Positions 25,850-34,151 of a stretch of DNA of 64,000 nucleotides are shown piece after piece. Numbering within the stretch: position 1 is the stretch's first letter; every line of letters starts with the position of its first letter. The DNA comes from an uncultured Bacteroidales bacterium (GTDB taxonomy: Bacteria; Bacteroidota; Bacteroidia; Bacteroidales; WCHB1-69). The notes beneath the pieces are model-generated. The model saw nothing but the letters and a program-made list of their open reading frames with translations. It was not told where the DNA came from and made no database searches. Where the stretch lies: assembly GCA_947165685.1 (NCBI GenBank), contig CAMVBK010000009.1:2524-66523 (forward strand), written 5' to 3'. A program made the translations under genes and the position numbers.

Positions 25850-27181
25850 ATGATGAACACGTCCAAAGACATCGAGTTTGCCTCCCCGGAGGCGATCAAA
25901 GCTTTCCAGGAGGAGAAACTTCACGACGCGCTGGTCTATCTGCAGCGCCATTCGCGTTACTATCAGCGCATGTTTGACCGCTATGACATCAAGGTGGAGA
26001 AGATCCGCTGCATTGAGGACCTGGTCAACATCCCGTTCACCGAAAAGAAGGACCTTCAGCTCTTCAACGAGGACTTCCTTTGCGTGCCCAAGGAGAAGGT
26101 GATCGACTATATCACCACCAGCGGCACGCTGAGCGACCCGGTGACCTTCTGTTGCACGGAGAAGGACCTGCGGCGGCTGGCCTTCAATGAGAAGAAGAGC
26201 TTCGAGTGCGCCGGGCTGCGTCCGGGCAACATCCTGCAGCTGATGGTTACCCTCGACAAGCGCTTCATGGCGGGCCTGGCCTACTTCCTTGGCCTGCGGG
26301 AACTCGGCGCATCAGTCATTCGGGTCGGCAACGGCATCCCCGAACTGCAGTGGGACACCATCCGCCGCATCCGTCCCGACAGCATCATGTGCGTGCCGTC
26401 GTTCATCCCGCGTCTCATCCAATATGCCGAAGACCACGGCATCGACTACCGGAACTCCAGCATCCGGAAAATCATCGGGATAGGGGAGAGCCTGCGCAAC
26501 CAGGACTTCTCGCTCAACCTCCTCGGCGAGCAGATCAAGTCGAAATGGGATGTGGAGTTGTATGCTACCTATTCCTCCACTGAGATGGGCGCGACGTTCA
26601 GCGAGTGCGCGTACGGCGTGGGCGGCCATGTGCATCCCGAACTCATCATCGTGGAAATCATCGGTGAGGACAACCTGCCGGTGCCCGATGGGGAGACCGG
26701 CGAGGTGGTGGTGACGACCCTCGGCGTGGAGGGTATGCCGTTGCTGCGCTTCCGCACGGGCGATATGTGCGCGAAAATCACCGAGCAGTGCCCCTGCGGG
26801 CGGAACAGCTACCGGCTCACCCCTTTGGTTGGACGTAAGAACAATATGATCAAGTTGAAGGGTACCACGCTCTACCCGCCGGCCTTGATGGACGTGCTCA
26901 ACAACACCCCCTTCGTGCAGAACTATGTCATCTACGTGCAGGACTCCCAGCAAGGCACCGACGAGGTGGTGGTGAAGGTGGGGTTGAACGCCGAGGCGGT
27001 GGAGGGCAATGTCCGTTTCAAGAGCCATCCCGAGGAGATTGTCAACGAGCTGAAGAACCGCTTCCGTGCGCACGTGCGCGTCGCGCCCTCGGTGGTGGTC
27101 GCCCCCGTGGAGGAGGTGCAGCGCATCAACTTCCCGCCCAGTGCCCGAAAACCGGTTAAGTTCGTGGATCTGAGGGGGTGA
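25850..27181 (+). CDS. Phenylacetate--CoA ligase family (PaaK/F390-synthetase-like) adenylate-forming enzyme
   Basis: 443 aa. The N-terminal pattern (..Q.EKL...V.Y....S.YY...F......I....DL..IPFT.K.DL), TSGT and YSSTE motifs, and an ACT-like C-terminus (VVV.V..) fit the family. Confidence 0.75.
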   Translation: MMNTSKDIEFASPEAIKAFQEEKLHDALVYLQRHSRYYQRMFDRYDIKVEKIRCIEDLVNIPFTEKKDLQLFNEDFLCVPKEKVIDYITTSGTLSDPVTFCCTEKDLRRLAFNEKKSFECAGLRPGNILQLMVTLDKRFMAGLAYFLGLRELGASVIRVGNGIPELQWDTIRRIRPDSIMCVPSFIPRLIQYAEDHGIDYRNSSIRKIIGIGESLRNQDFSLNLLGEQIKSKWDVELYATYSSTEMGATFSECAYGVGGHVHPELIIVEIIGEDNLPVPDGETGEVVVTTLGVEGMPLLRFRTGDMCAKITEQCPCGRNSYRLTPLVGRKNNMIKLKGTTLYPPALMDVLNNTPFVQNYVIYVQDSQQGTDEVVVKVGLNAEAVEGNVRFKSHPEEIVNELKNRFRAHVRVAPSVVVAPVEEVQRINFPPSARKPVKFVDLRG

Positions 27182-28154
27182 TGTTTTCCCCGCCAAGGGG
27201 TAGCGTCTCTCCCATCGACAGTGTCTTTTCTTCCGTCAGACCTGTGATTTCCTCGACAATAGAAGGGGGAATTCCTTTGTCGAGCATGTCGCGGGCAAGT
27301 TTCCGCCTCTCTTCGCTCCGTCCTTTTTGCATCCCTTCTTCACGCCCTTGCAGCAAACCTTGCTGCAGCCCTTGTTGTAGCCCTTGTTGCAGCCCTTCCT
27401 CGCGTCCTTGCTGCAAACCTTTTTGCAGCCCCTCGTCCCGGCCGATGCCCTTCCAGGTGGCCTCCACGCTGACGCCGTCCCAGTATCTGTCGTAGAGGTA
27501 CTCCTCCGCCTCGTCGTAGTTGATGACCTCCAGCAGTTTGACGGCCTTGGCGATGTCGGGGTCGGCGAGGAGTTCCGGCGCGGGTGTCCTCGTCTTGGCG
27601 GTCATCTCCGTGAAGTAGCGCATCCACAGGTCCTTCTTGGAGTCGCCCTTCACGGCCAGCTTCTTGTACTTTTCGATTTCGGCGAAGACGATCTTGAGCC
27701 CGTCGAAGACGCGGTCGGTGTGGTAGATGTGGACGAACTGGTAGGGGTGGTACCATTCGCTGAGCCCCTTGTGCAGGTCTCCGGTGACGAAGTTGAGGGA
27801 ATAGACGGGCTTCAGGAGTTTGTAGCGTTCCCCCTCGTTGAGCTGGCGGACGTAGGCTTTTGAGGCGTTGAAGAAGACGCGCTTGAAGAAGTCGGACTCC
27901 CAGTTGAGCTGCATCTCGACGAGGAAGGTCGCGCCGGCGGAGTCGGTGCAGTGCAGGTCGACGATGCTGTCCTTGCGGGTTGGAGTGTTGGGCATCAGTT
28001 CGGGCGGGAGGTAGCGCAGGTCGGTGATGGTGCGGCCCTCCTCCAAGGGGAGGAAGGCGTTGAGCAGGCTGGCGGCGAGGTCGATGTGCTCGCCGAAGAC
28101 CTTCCGGAAGGTGACGTCGGTCACGGGGCTGAAGTATTTGCAGTAGTTCTTCAT
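27156..28154 (-). CDS. Rpn-family recombination-promoting nuclease / putative transposase (PD-(D/E)XK, YhgA-like)
   Basis: N-terminal KYFSPVTDVTFRKVFGE. Core ..IVDLHCTD..G..FLVEMQ. C-terminal Q/G-rich pentapeptide repeats (GLQKGLQQGREEGLQQGLQQGLQQGLLQGREEGMQKG), then an HTH-like tail. The ATG at 28154 is preferred because the longer form would include the promoter box. Confidence 0.7.
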   Translation of the reverse strand: MKNYCKYFSPVTDVTFRKVFGEHIDLAASLLNAFLPLEEGRTITDLRYLPPELMPNTPTRKDSIVDLHCTDSAGATFLVEMQLNWESDFFKRVFFNASKAYVRQLNEGERYKLLKPVYSLNFVTGDLHKGLSEWYHPYQFVHIYHTDRVFDGLKIVFAEIEKYKKLAVKGDSKKDLWMRYFTEMTAKTRTPAPELLADPDIAKAVKLLEVINYDEAEEYLYDRYWDGVSVEATWKGIGRDEGLQKGLQQGREEGLQQGLQQGLQQGLLQGREEGMQKGRSEERRKLARDMLDKGIPPSIVEEITGLTEEKTLSMGETLPLGGENITPSDPRT

Positions 28155-28173
28155 GACGACAAGTTTTAGGTTG

Positions 28174-28181
28174 CAAAGATA
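28174..28181 (-). promoter_or_regulatory. -7 promoter box (TAtcTTTG) for the Rpn-family gene
   Basis: The plus strand reads CAAAGATA, 20 nt upstream of the ATG at 28154. Confidence 0.5.
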
Positions 28182-28332
28182 CAACGGAAAAACGCTGTTG
28201 TCAAGGGTTTTGCGAAATTTTTCTGTTGTCTGTTAATCAGACTGTTGCAATGTTTGATTTAACAATTCGATTCGGAATTGTAAATTTTTGAGCGCGGGTT
28301 TCGCAGGATTTTAAGGCTGTTCGACGAAATCC

Positions 28333-30924
28333 TTAGTCTGCTAACCCTCTCACCTTGAATGTCGGTTCCTCGTCTAACAGCGGGAACATGACCCGGACTT
28401 CCACCTCTTCGTTCGGCTTCAGGTCAAAGTAGTTGTCGAAAATGATGACAGGGTAGCCGTGGGTCTCCTCGATGAAAACCCCTTTTTGCAACGTTTTGGC
28501 AGACAGTCGGATGGTGGCGTTGTGGTTGCCGTAGATGATCTTGGTTTGCAGGTCCCCTCGGTTGAGTTTTAACATCTTGGGCTTCGCAAAATAGGTCAAG
28601 TATTGCAACTTTTCGCCTTTTTTGGGGGTGAAGAAGGCTTCCACATACACCTCGCCTGCGTTTTTGACCGATTTCGGCCGGGAAATGGTGACGGCTTTGA
28701 TGCTGCTGCCGGCGGTTGCGCTCACGTTTACCGCGGCCGAATCAACCAACGTGCCGTCCATCTTGCGGATGGCCCAGACCAGCTCGCCCGCGACGGTCTC
28801 GAAAGCGTCGTTGATGACGTACAGTTCGATGGAGTCCTGCGAGAGGCGCCTTGAAGCGATGGCGACGTTGGCGTAGAGGCTCGGTAGCGCGTAGTACAGT
28901 GCCTTCGGATGCCCGGCCACGTCGATGCAGCTCCAGGAGGCTACGGGCCAGCAGTCGTTGAGCTGCCAGAGGAGCGTGCCGCTGCACTTGTCGTGCTGGA
29001 TGCGGTGTGCCTCGATGGCCTGCGCGATGCCGTCGCGCTGCACCAGCTGACTGATATAGACGAATTTTTCGAGATTGTTGGTGTCTTTGTAGCCGTAGAG
29101 GTCCTCCATCGCTTTCAGGATGATGGGTACCCCGCGGCCATGCTTCTGGTGGTTGCGCATAGACGGGGAGCGAAGATCGCGTTCGCCTTCAGGGATGAAA
29201 GCGTTCCAGAGGGCCATCTCCGGGTAGGCCTGGAAGCCGTACTCGGTCATGAAGCGGCCGGTCTTCTCCCACCATATCTCGAAGGGCAGCTCACCCCACC
29301 AGACCCCCCAGTAGTGGCTGCAGCCGTGGGTGGTGCACTCAGGATGCCCCCAGCCGTAGGTCGGCGAGGAGTGCACGTAGTTGGGCTTGTGCATATTTTC
29401 TGTGCAGACTCTCGGCAACAGCTTTTCGAAAAGTTGCTCGTAATCCTGGTACATCTTGGCGTATTGCTGGTCGGTATAGCCTAACGCATCTTTCCAGCCC
29501 CAGTCTTCCAAGCCGTTGTGCACCTCGTTGTTGCCGCACCATGTGGCAAGGCAGGCGTGATGGCGCAGCCGTTTTACCTGCTCCGTCGCCTCCGCCTCCA
29601 CATTGTCCATGAAGGCTTTGTCGCCCGGGTAGATGTTGCAGGCGAACATGAAGTCTTGCCACACGAGGATGCCCAGGTAGTCGCAGAGCTCGTAGAAATC
29701 ATCATGCTCGTACAGACCGCCGCCCCAAACCCGCAACATGTTCATGTTTGCGTCTTTGGCCTGCCGAATCAACTCGTCGTAGCGTTCGTATCCCTCGCTG
29801 CGGGCGAGCGTGCCCGGGTACGAAGAAGCCGGAATCCAGTCGGCACCGCGCATGAAAAGCGGGCGGCCGTTGACGATGAACTGGAACGATTCGCCGATGC
29901 TGTCTCGCTTCTGGACGAGCTCCACTGTACGCAGCCCGTGGGTGTGCATGATGTCGTTGTCAACACGGCTATCCTTGACCGTAAAGTAATAGAGGTGGGG
30001 TTCGCCTGCGCCGTTCGGCCACCACAACTTGGGATTCTCGATGGTCACGGGGATAACCACTTTGTTGTTGCCCTTGTGCAGTCTCGCCTTGTACTGGATT
30101 TCCTGACTGTAGTCATCCTTGTCGGTGATAGTCAGCAAAAGATTGGTGGTCAGCTTTTTCTCTGCTTGGATTTCCACTTCCACCTCTGAAATCCAGGGTC
30201 TGTTCGCATCGAGAGAGGGCTCAGTGTCTTTGACATAGAAGTCGTTGATTTTCATATCGTTCCAAGACTCGATATAGACATCCTTCCAGATGCCGCAGGT
30301 GTTGAGCTTCGGCCCCCAGTCCCAACCGCTCTCGTACTGCGCCTTGCGGGTGAAGACGCGGTTGTCGGGGAGCTTGTACGGCAGCTTCGATGCCGCAATG
30401 CTGTCGAACGGGGCGGAGGGCAAGAAACGGACGCGAAGTTCGTTCCCCACTTCGTCCAGTTTTTCGGGCATCGGAAAGCGCCAGGTGCGGAACATGTTAT
30501 TGGTCAGCGAATCTCCGGTCGTTGCCACCAAGCGTGTTCCGTTGATATAGACTTCCGCGTAAGTGTCCAATCCTTCAAATACTAACTCGTTGTGCGCGAA
30601 TGTTTTGCCATGGCCGCAGCTTTTGTCGAAGTGGACGACGTATTCCCACACGCTGTCGGACACCCATTGCACTTTCGATTCGTTGTCGCCGTAGAACGGG
30701 TCGGGAATCAGCTTGTTGGCAAGCAGGTCGTCGTGGATGTTGCCCGGCACGGTAGCAGGATGTTCGTTGAATATCTCGCCTTGAAGGCGGACTTTCCACT
30801 CGTTGTTTAGGCATCCGTGCTGCGAATTGAGATAACGGCGCTCGTAGCCGGTGCGGGTGTTGGTGTGGCAACCGGCGAGAAGGACGACGGCGAGGACGAG
30901 GATGGGGATATGCGCTTTTTTCAT
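28333..30924 (-). CDS. Beta-mannosidase, glycoside hydrolase family 2
   Basis: 863 aa with a lipoprotein signal (LLAGC). N-terminal W......A.VPGNIHDDLLANKLIPDPFYGDNE. Catalytic region NEVHNG / MTEYG. Confidence 0.85.
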   Translation of the reverse strand: MKKAHIPILVLAVVLLAGCHTNTRTGYERRYLNSQHGCLNNEWKVRLQGEIFNEHPATVPGNIHDDLLANKLIPDPFYGDNESKVQWVSDSVWEYVVHFDKSCGHGKTFAHNELVFEGLDTYAEVYINGTRLVATTGDSLTNNMFRTWRFPMPEKLDEVGNELRVRFLPSAPFDSIAASKLPYKLPDNRVFTRKAQYESGWDWGPKLNTCGIWKDVYIESWNDMKINDFYVKDTEPSLDANRPWISEVEVEIQAEKKLTTNLLLTITDKDDYSQEIQYKARLHKGNNKVVIPVTIENPKLWWPNGAGEPHLYYFTVKDSRVDNDIMHTHGLRTVELVQKRDSIGESFQFIVNGRPLFMRGADWIPASSYPGTLARSEGYERYDELIRQAKDANMNMLRVWGGGLYEHDDFYELCDYLGILVWQDFMFACNIYPGDKAFMDNVEAEATEQVKRLRHHACLATWCGNNEVHNGLEDWGWKDALGYTDQQYAKMYQDYEQLFEKLLPRVCTENMHKPNYVHSSPTYGWGHPECTTHGCSHYWGVWWGELPFEIWWEKTGRFMTEYGFQAYPEMALWNAFIPEGERDLRSPSMRNHQKHGRGVPIILKAMEDLYGYKDTNNLEKFVYISQLVQRDGIAQAIEAHRIQHDKCSGTLLWQLNDCWPVASWSCIDVAGHPKALYYALPSLYANVAIASRRLSQDSIELYVINDAFETVAGELVWAIRKMDGTLVDSAAVNVSATAGSSIKAVTISRPKSVKNAGEVYVEAFFTPKKGEKLQYLTYFAKPKMLKLNRGDLQTKIIYGNHNATIRLSAKTLQKGVFIEETHGYPVIIFDNYFDLKPNEEVEVRVMFPLLDEEPTFKVRGLAD

Positions 30925-30994
30925 AATGCTTTTTCTTGATGGCTGGTTATCGTTGTTTTCGCGTCATTAAATAATCGTTTTAGACAGGCAGAGG

Positions 30995-32080
30995 TCAGAC
31001 AATCACCTTCACCCTGAACCCCAGTTTCGTGGGCTCTTCGATAATCTCGCGCGAGAGGTCGCGGATTTCGTCTATCGTGTGCGGGTCGCAGCCGTCTGCC
31101 CGCAAGGGGGAGGTTGCCAGGTCTTTAACCATGAAATCCAAGGACACGAGCTCGTGCTGTTCGCTGTAGGAGATGCGCACCGTCAGGGGGCGGTAGTGTG
31201 CCATGACGGACAGTACCATCTTGTCGGTGATTTGCCGTATATTGTCGATTTTCTCGGCGAAGTTGTATTTTTGGCAGAAACGCATCATTTGCGCGTGCAT
31301 TTCCATCATGTCGAATGCGGGGCCCTGGATCTCGAACAGCTGCTTGTAGATGCGCTGCACGAAAGCTTTGGTGGCGCTGTGGACAGGGTGCTCGAAAATT
31401 TGTTCCGGCGTGCCGTCCTCGTGGATGCCCCCGTCGTACATGAAGAAGATGCGGGAACAGACATCGTGGGCGAACTTGAGCTTGTGGGTGACGATAAGCA
31501 TGGTCATTCCTTCTTTCGCTAACTGTCGGATGACGCTCATCACCTCGCCGACCATGGAGGGGTCGAGGGCGGAGAGCGGTTCGTCGAAGAGCATCACCTC
31601 GGGCTGCATGACTAACGAGCGGGCGATGGCGACGCGCTGCCGCTGGCCGCCGGCCAGGTCGGAAGGCATGGCATTGCACCGGTCGTCAAGCCCCACCTTG
31701 TGGAGCATGGCCATCGCCTCCTTTTCCGCCTCCGAACGGCTTAGCCCTTTCAGCTTCATAGGCGCAAGGGTGAGGTTCTCCAGCACATTGAGATGGTCGA
31801 ACAAGTTGAAGGACTGGAACACCATACCCATGCGCTGCCGCAACCTGTTGATCGGGTAGCCCTTTGACAGGATGTTTTGGTTCTCAAAATAGATTTCGCC
31901 TGCCGTGGGGGGCGTCATCAGGTTGAGGGTTTGCAGGAAAGTGCTCTTGCCCGTTCCGGAAGGACCGATGATGCCGATCACTTCACCCCGGTGGATTTCA
32001 CAGTTGACATCCTTCAGCACCTCGTGGAGGCTGCCGTCGGGGTGTATGAATATTTTGGAAAGGTGTTTGACCGTGATCAT
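30995..32080 (-). CDS. Amino-acid ABC transporter ATP-binding protein with an extra C-terminal domain of about 115 aa
   Basis: Starts MITVKHLSKIF. Walker A GPSGTGKST, signature LAGGQRQRVAIAR, Walker B MLFDEPLSALD. The ATG at 32080 overlaps the upstream stop (ATGA). The listed 564-aa ORF is an artefactual 5' extension. Confidence 0.85.
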   Translation of the reverse strand: MITVKHLSKIFIHPDGSLHEVLKDVNCEIHRGEVIGIIGPSGTGKSTFLQTLNLMTPPTAGEIYFENQNILSKGYPINRLRQRMGMVFQSFNLFDHLNVLENLTLAPMKLKGLSRSEAEKEAMAMLHKVGLDDRCNAMPSDLAGGQRQRVAIARSLVMQPEVMLFDEPLSALDPSMVGEVMSVIRQLAKEGMTMLIVTHKLKFAHDVCSRIFFMYDGGIHEDGTPEQIFEHPVHSATKAFVQRIYKQLFEIQGPAFDMMEMHAQMMRFCQKYNFAEKIDNIRQITDKMVLSVMAHYRPLTVRISYSEQHELVSLDFMVKDLATSPLRADGCDPHTIDEIRDLSREIIEEPTKLGFRVKVIV

Positions 32081-33549
32081 ATTGTTGTGGCTATTTTGAA
32101 AAGAAAGTCGAGGAGTTTGCCCATCAGCCAGGCCAGGATGAAATAGATGATGGTGATGAGAAACAGCGGGAAGACGGCCTCGAAGGTGCGTGCGCGAATC
32201 ATGTCGCATGCGCGGGTGAGGTCCTGGATGGCCAAATACCCGACCACCGAGGTGTTCTTGATGAGCGACACGGCCTCGCTCTTGTACTGCGGGCGGATGT
32301 CCTTCAAGGCTTGCGGACCGGTGATGTAGCGGAGAATCTGCGCCGGGGTGAACCCGAGCGCCAGTCCCGCTTTGTAGGTGTTTTCGCCGATGGCCGTGAT
32401 GGCGTTGTCCATCATGTTGGCGAATGTGGATGCGAACGTCATGGAGAAGGCCACCACTGCCACTGCCACGCTGTTGACGCCCACCAGCACGATGTAGAAG
32501 AGGATCATCAGCAACACTACCAGAGGAATGCCTTTGAGAATGCTGGAATACATTTTGGCCGTCGTGATCATCCATTTGCGGTGGCTTCTCCGCATGGCTA
32601 ACAGGCCTATGCCGAGCATGCTGCCGAAGAGCAGCGAGAGCAGGGTGATTTCGATCGTCACCCAAAGTCCCTTCGCCAAAAACAGCCACCGGTTCTCCAC
32701 CAGCAAGTTGCTGTTGACCGAGCCTTTGATGTCTGACATGCCGGGAACACTTCTCTCTTTCTCCGCCGACTTGTCCACGATGAAATAGGCGCCGTAGCCG
32801 TAGTAGTAGGTGTCGGTGAGGGCGAGTAACCGTTGCCGCTCCTGCGTGGCGAAAAGCATGCCGCCGGCGATGTCGATGCTTCCGGACTGGAGTGCGGGCA
32901 CCAGCGCGGAGAAGTCGAAGAGCCGGTATTCGACCGGGCGGCCGATGTACTCGCCGAAGCGGTTCAGGATTTCGATTTCAAATCCGTACCAGTCGTGGCC
33001 GATCATATAGGAGATGGGGGCGGTGGTGTAGTAGGTGCCCACCACGATTGGCTCGCCAGGCAAAGAGTCGCTGGTTTCGGGCATGGGGACCTTCGCGTAG
33101 TCGATGGCCTCCATCCATTTGCCCGTGATCTCAAGCAGCTCTCCGGAGGCTTTCAGCTTTGAAAGGAATTCGTTGAACTTGTTCACCAAATCTATGTTCG
33201 ACTTGGCGCAGGCGAAGGCGCACGGGTAACTCTTCTCGGTGCGGAAGGCAATCTTGATTCCGTTCTTGCGGAGCAGCGAGTCGGAAAGGCTCACTTCGTC
33301 ATACAGGATGGCGTCGATGCGGCCTTTGTGGAGCGAGGCGATCAGGTCGGGCAGGGTGGGCTGGCGCACGATCCGGAAGTAGCTGTTGCCGGCCATGTCG
33401 ATTTCAAAGCTGGAGCCCGTCAGCGTGCCCACCACCTTGCCGTTCAGGTCTTCAATCGTGGTGATTTCTTTGTCGGCGGGTTGTTGTTCTTCCTGCTTCC
33501 CGCACGCGACGAAGCAGAGGACGATAAAGAGGAGTAGTAGTTTTCTCAT
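32077..33549 (-). CDS. GlnP-like fusion of two substrate-binding domains and an amino-acid ABC permease
   Basis: 490 aa. Lipoprotein signal (FVAC), two periplasmic-binding-protein type 3 (PBP3)-like segments (..GKVVGTLTGS.., ..DIAGGMLFATQERQ..), then a polar-amino-acid permease with an EAA-type loop (GLALGFTPAQILRYITGPQALK). Confidence 0.8.
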   Translation of the reverse strand: MRKLLLLFIVLCFVACGKQEEQQPADKEITTIEDLNGKVVGTLTGSSFEIDMAGNSYFRIVRQPTLPDLIASLHKGRIDAILYDEVSLSDSLLRKNGIKIAFRTEKSYPCAFACAKSNIDLVNKFNEFLSKLKASGELLEITGKWMEAIDYAKVPMPETSDSLPGEPIVVGTYYTTAPISYMIGHDWYGFEIEILNRFGEYIGRPVEYRLFDFSALVPALQSGSIDIAGGMLFATQERQRLLALTDTYYYGYGAYFIVDKSAEKERSVPGMSDIKGSVNSNLLVENRWLFLAKGLWVTIEITLLSLLFGSMLGIGLLAMRRSHRKWMITTAKMYSSILKGIPLVVLLMILFYIVLVGVNSVAVAVVAFSMTFASTFANMMDNAITAIGENTYKAGLALGFTPAQILRYITGPQALKDIRPQYKSEAVSLIKNTSVVGYLAIQDLTRACDMIRARTFEAVFPLFLITIIYFILAWLMGKLLDFLFKIATTI

Positions 33550-33564
33550 GCGGGCGGGATTGGG

Positions 33565-34146
33565 TTAACGGGATTCGTTTTCAGGGCCGAAGGTTGCCTC
33601 TAACAAGGAGAGGAACTCCTGGTAGGGGAGGGTGCCGTCCAGGTCTGCCAGCGCCACTGCGAGGTTCCGGTAGTACCAGGCCACATCCTCCATGCCGTTG
33701 GGTGCGCTGAAGCGTTGCCAAAGCCGGTCGCCGATCTGCCTGTAGTCGTGGGCGATGGCACGGAGGTTGGAGAGCTTGTCGCCGATGGCCACCACTTTGC
33801 AGTCGTAAGGGGCGGACGCGAGGAGATCGACCTGTGCCTGCCTGCGGACGCGCCACGGGGTGCCCTTGGGCAGCGGGGCGGTCTCGTGCTGCACGAGCGT
33901 GGCCACTCTTGCGCCGAAGCGTTCGCGAATCTGTTCCAGTGTCGCGTCGGTGTCCTCCACGGTGTCGTGCAGGATGGCGGCGGCCAGCATCTCGGGGTCG
34001 GAGGTGACGGTGGCCACAATGGCGGCGGCCTCCATGGGATGTATGATGTAGGGGAAGTTTTTCCCACGCCGCTCTGTGCCGCTGTGCGCGTCGGTGGCGA
34101 ACTTCACGGCCTCGTCGAAAAGTCGGGTGTCAAGGGGATTGTTCAT
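33565..34146 (-). CDS. HD-domain (p)ppGpp hydrolase-like protein (small alarmone hydrolase / Mesh1-like)
   Basis: 193 aa from the ATG at 34146. A.H.GT.R.G..FPYIIHP and AAILHDTVEDT form the RelA/SpoT hydrolase HD...ED signature. It starts 5 nt after the upstream stop. Confidence 0.75.
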   Translation of the reverse strand: MNNPLDTRLFDEAVKFATDAHSGTERRGKNFPYIIHPMEAAAIVATVTSDPEMLAAAILHDTVEDTDATLEQIRERFGARVATLVQHETAPLPKGTPWRVRRQAQVDLLASAPYDCKVVAIGDKLSNLRAIAHDYRQIGDRLWQRFSAPNGMEDVAWYYRNLAVALADLDGTLPYQEFLSLLEATFGPENESR

Positions 34147-34151
34147 GATGG

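Noticed and set aside
27156-28184. Rpn-family gene as an active insertion sequence
   Set aside because: I could not find terminal inverted repeats or target-site duplications around it. Rpn/YhgA-like genes are usually domesticated single genes, so I annotated it as a CDS and not as a mobile element.
32081-32689. N-terminal 203 aa of the listed 564-aa ORF (30995..32689)
   Set aside because: This part is an out-of-frame read through the permease gene, giving an H/R/G-rich nonsense translation. The ATPase clearly starts at MITVKHLSKIF (ATG at 32080), overlapping the permease stop as ATGA.
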